From Psammoneis japonica (lineage: Eukaryota): a stretch of 64,000 bases of DNA. How positions within the stretch are numbered: the first letter of the stretch is position 1; every line of letters begins with the position of its first letter. Positions 62,901 to 64,000 of the stretch are shown in pieces. The notes under the pieces were generated by a model. The model saw only the letters and a program-made list of their open reading frames with translations, searched no databases and had not been told where the DNA came from. The position numbers were made by a program, and so were the translations under genes. The stretch is taken from positions 530,840 to 594,839 of the forward strand of contig QPGO01000016.1 in the NCBI GenBank assembly GCA_008632985.1. The letters run 5' to 3'.

Positions 62901-64000
62901 CTCCATCTTCCTCAACGAAACTTGCATTTTCATGTTGCTGTCAACCTGATGAAAACAAGAAGGCTTGCAAAGGGCAAGTCAGATGCGGAATTGCTTGTGG
63001 ATGATGAGAGGTTGCAAACAGCGGCGCCTTTCCATTCAGAGGTGGGGGGGATGTGCTTTCCATCTGGCAACAGCCAGTTGTTGGCAACTGCATTCTTGCC
63101 GGGGCACAACAGACATTGTTGCATGGGCCAAATGATGGCTCATGTGTTGCATGTGCCGTGTGTGGGTTCATCCTGGGAAAGACTGGTGACATAAAAGGGG
63201 CCTTTCGGTTCAGCCAATTGTCGCTGCATCTTGCTGAGAGTGCAGAGCTAGTTCCGCAAAAGCCTCGCGCTGTTGCTTTAGCTCACTGTGCATCTCAGCA
63301 CTGGTTTCGGCCGCACCATGAGAGCCTCAACCCCTTTTTCATGCACGTGAACTGACTTTGGAAATCGGAGACATCCATCATTTGTGGTTTTGCATTTTTC
63401 CTTGCTGCATCGCCATGTCTGTTGTGGTCTCCATCTGTCTCTGCTGCAGAGTGACATGAAGAAATTGCAGGAGTCCTTGACGACTGTTCCCCAAGCTTTC
63501 ATGTTGCATTGGCGCAGCCCCTCTGGCAAATGGCATTGAATCTAATGGGAAAATCCCGCAATCCATTGGTTCTCAGTGGAGAAGCTGTGGAAGAAGGTCC
63601 ATGCATTGAGGAGTGGACCAAGTGCAAGAACGAGTGGCCTTTGAACTCACTGTGGCTGTCTGAGATGTTCCTTGCTTGTTGTTTCAATGATTTGACCCTC
63701 GCCAACAAAATGGCTTCAAATCCAGTCCTCCATCTGAGGAAGTCCCCTCTGCCATTCTCCCTGTCAGAGTGTCATTTGAAGGACTCATTTCCCTTGGTCT
63801 GGCCAAGTCAACTGGCAAAAGATTGCACAGGAAAAAAGGGAAACGGAGAACAAAGCAAATGACGAATTGGGTGAAGAGCGGGGCCGTAAATTGTCGCCAC
63901 ATGCCACTCTTTCTGAGAGCTGAATGGAAGGTGCTCGATACAAGGAGATCCAAAAGAAGTGCAGGATTGTGTGACAACGCCATTGTGACAGCTGCAAAAC
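59901..64000 (+). pseudogene. STAND/AAA_16 ATPase (multi-sensor kinase/MalT-like), interrupted by a MITE; runs off window
   Basis: Walker A GDSGTGK, GKFE, Walker B LFLDDLQW, KTGGN, FKFAHDRV; in-frame stop ~61567; frameshifts after ~63000. Confidence 0.9.
60216..61496. mobile_element. 1281-bp non-autonomous PIF/Harbinger-like element
   Basis: 39-bp TIR ggcacgttcccacc(c/t)gataatttcggccgtaaaataaa with one mismatch; TTA target duplication at 60213-60215 and 61497-61499; removing it restores QVQDL|EKTQNEL. Confidence 0.93.

Noticed and set aside
48143..64000. Alternative genetic code or contaminant DNA as the explanation for TA loss
   Set aside because: The depletion ignores reading frame, covers non-coding repeats, and grades into native genes and a local paralogue

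Overview
Eukaryotic genomic DNA, most consistent with a diatom. Evidence: short GT-AG introns, a bipartite plastid-targeting '...SSA|F' presequence, CoDi-type Ty1/copia remnants, and diatom-type sulfotransferase and STAND-ATPase genes. About 22 ordinary genes (KMO-like monooxygenase, Kir channel, MBOAT, EamA, RING E3, cold-shock protein, CYP51, His-phosphatase, pyrimidine nucleoside phosphorylase, FEN1, RPB8, DUF202 and others) alternate with blocks at ~10.1-13.7, 25.0-26.0, 31.0-34.7, 48.1-60.2 and 61.5-64.0 kb. In these blocks the dinucleotide TpA is almost absent, and in their cores CpG is lost too. Several internal controls show directional TA->TG/CA change: a paralogous gene fragment, the arms of a foldback MITE, and Tyr->Cys/His at conserved positions of a STAND ATPase and of copia proteins. 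This looks like a locus-restricted hypermutation running opposite to fungal RIP, and it is the top candidate for an undescribed system. Also notable: a 123-aa ORF that starts with an EF-Tu-like N-terminus followed by a possible phage-tail-tube/Hcp-like domain, lying next to a SLATT-like gene; two tandem secreted Cys-rich 'GACC'-repeat proteins; and two MITEs. Many 1-bp homopolymer frameshifts in otherwise intact genes suggest long-read assembly errors. All annotation was done by eye, without searches.
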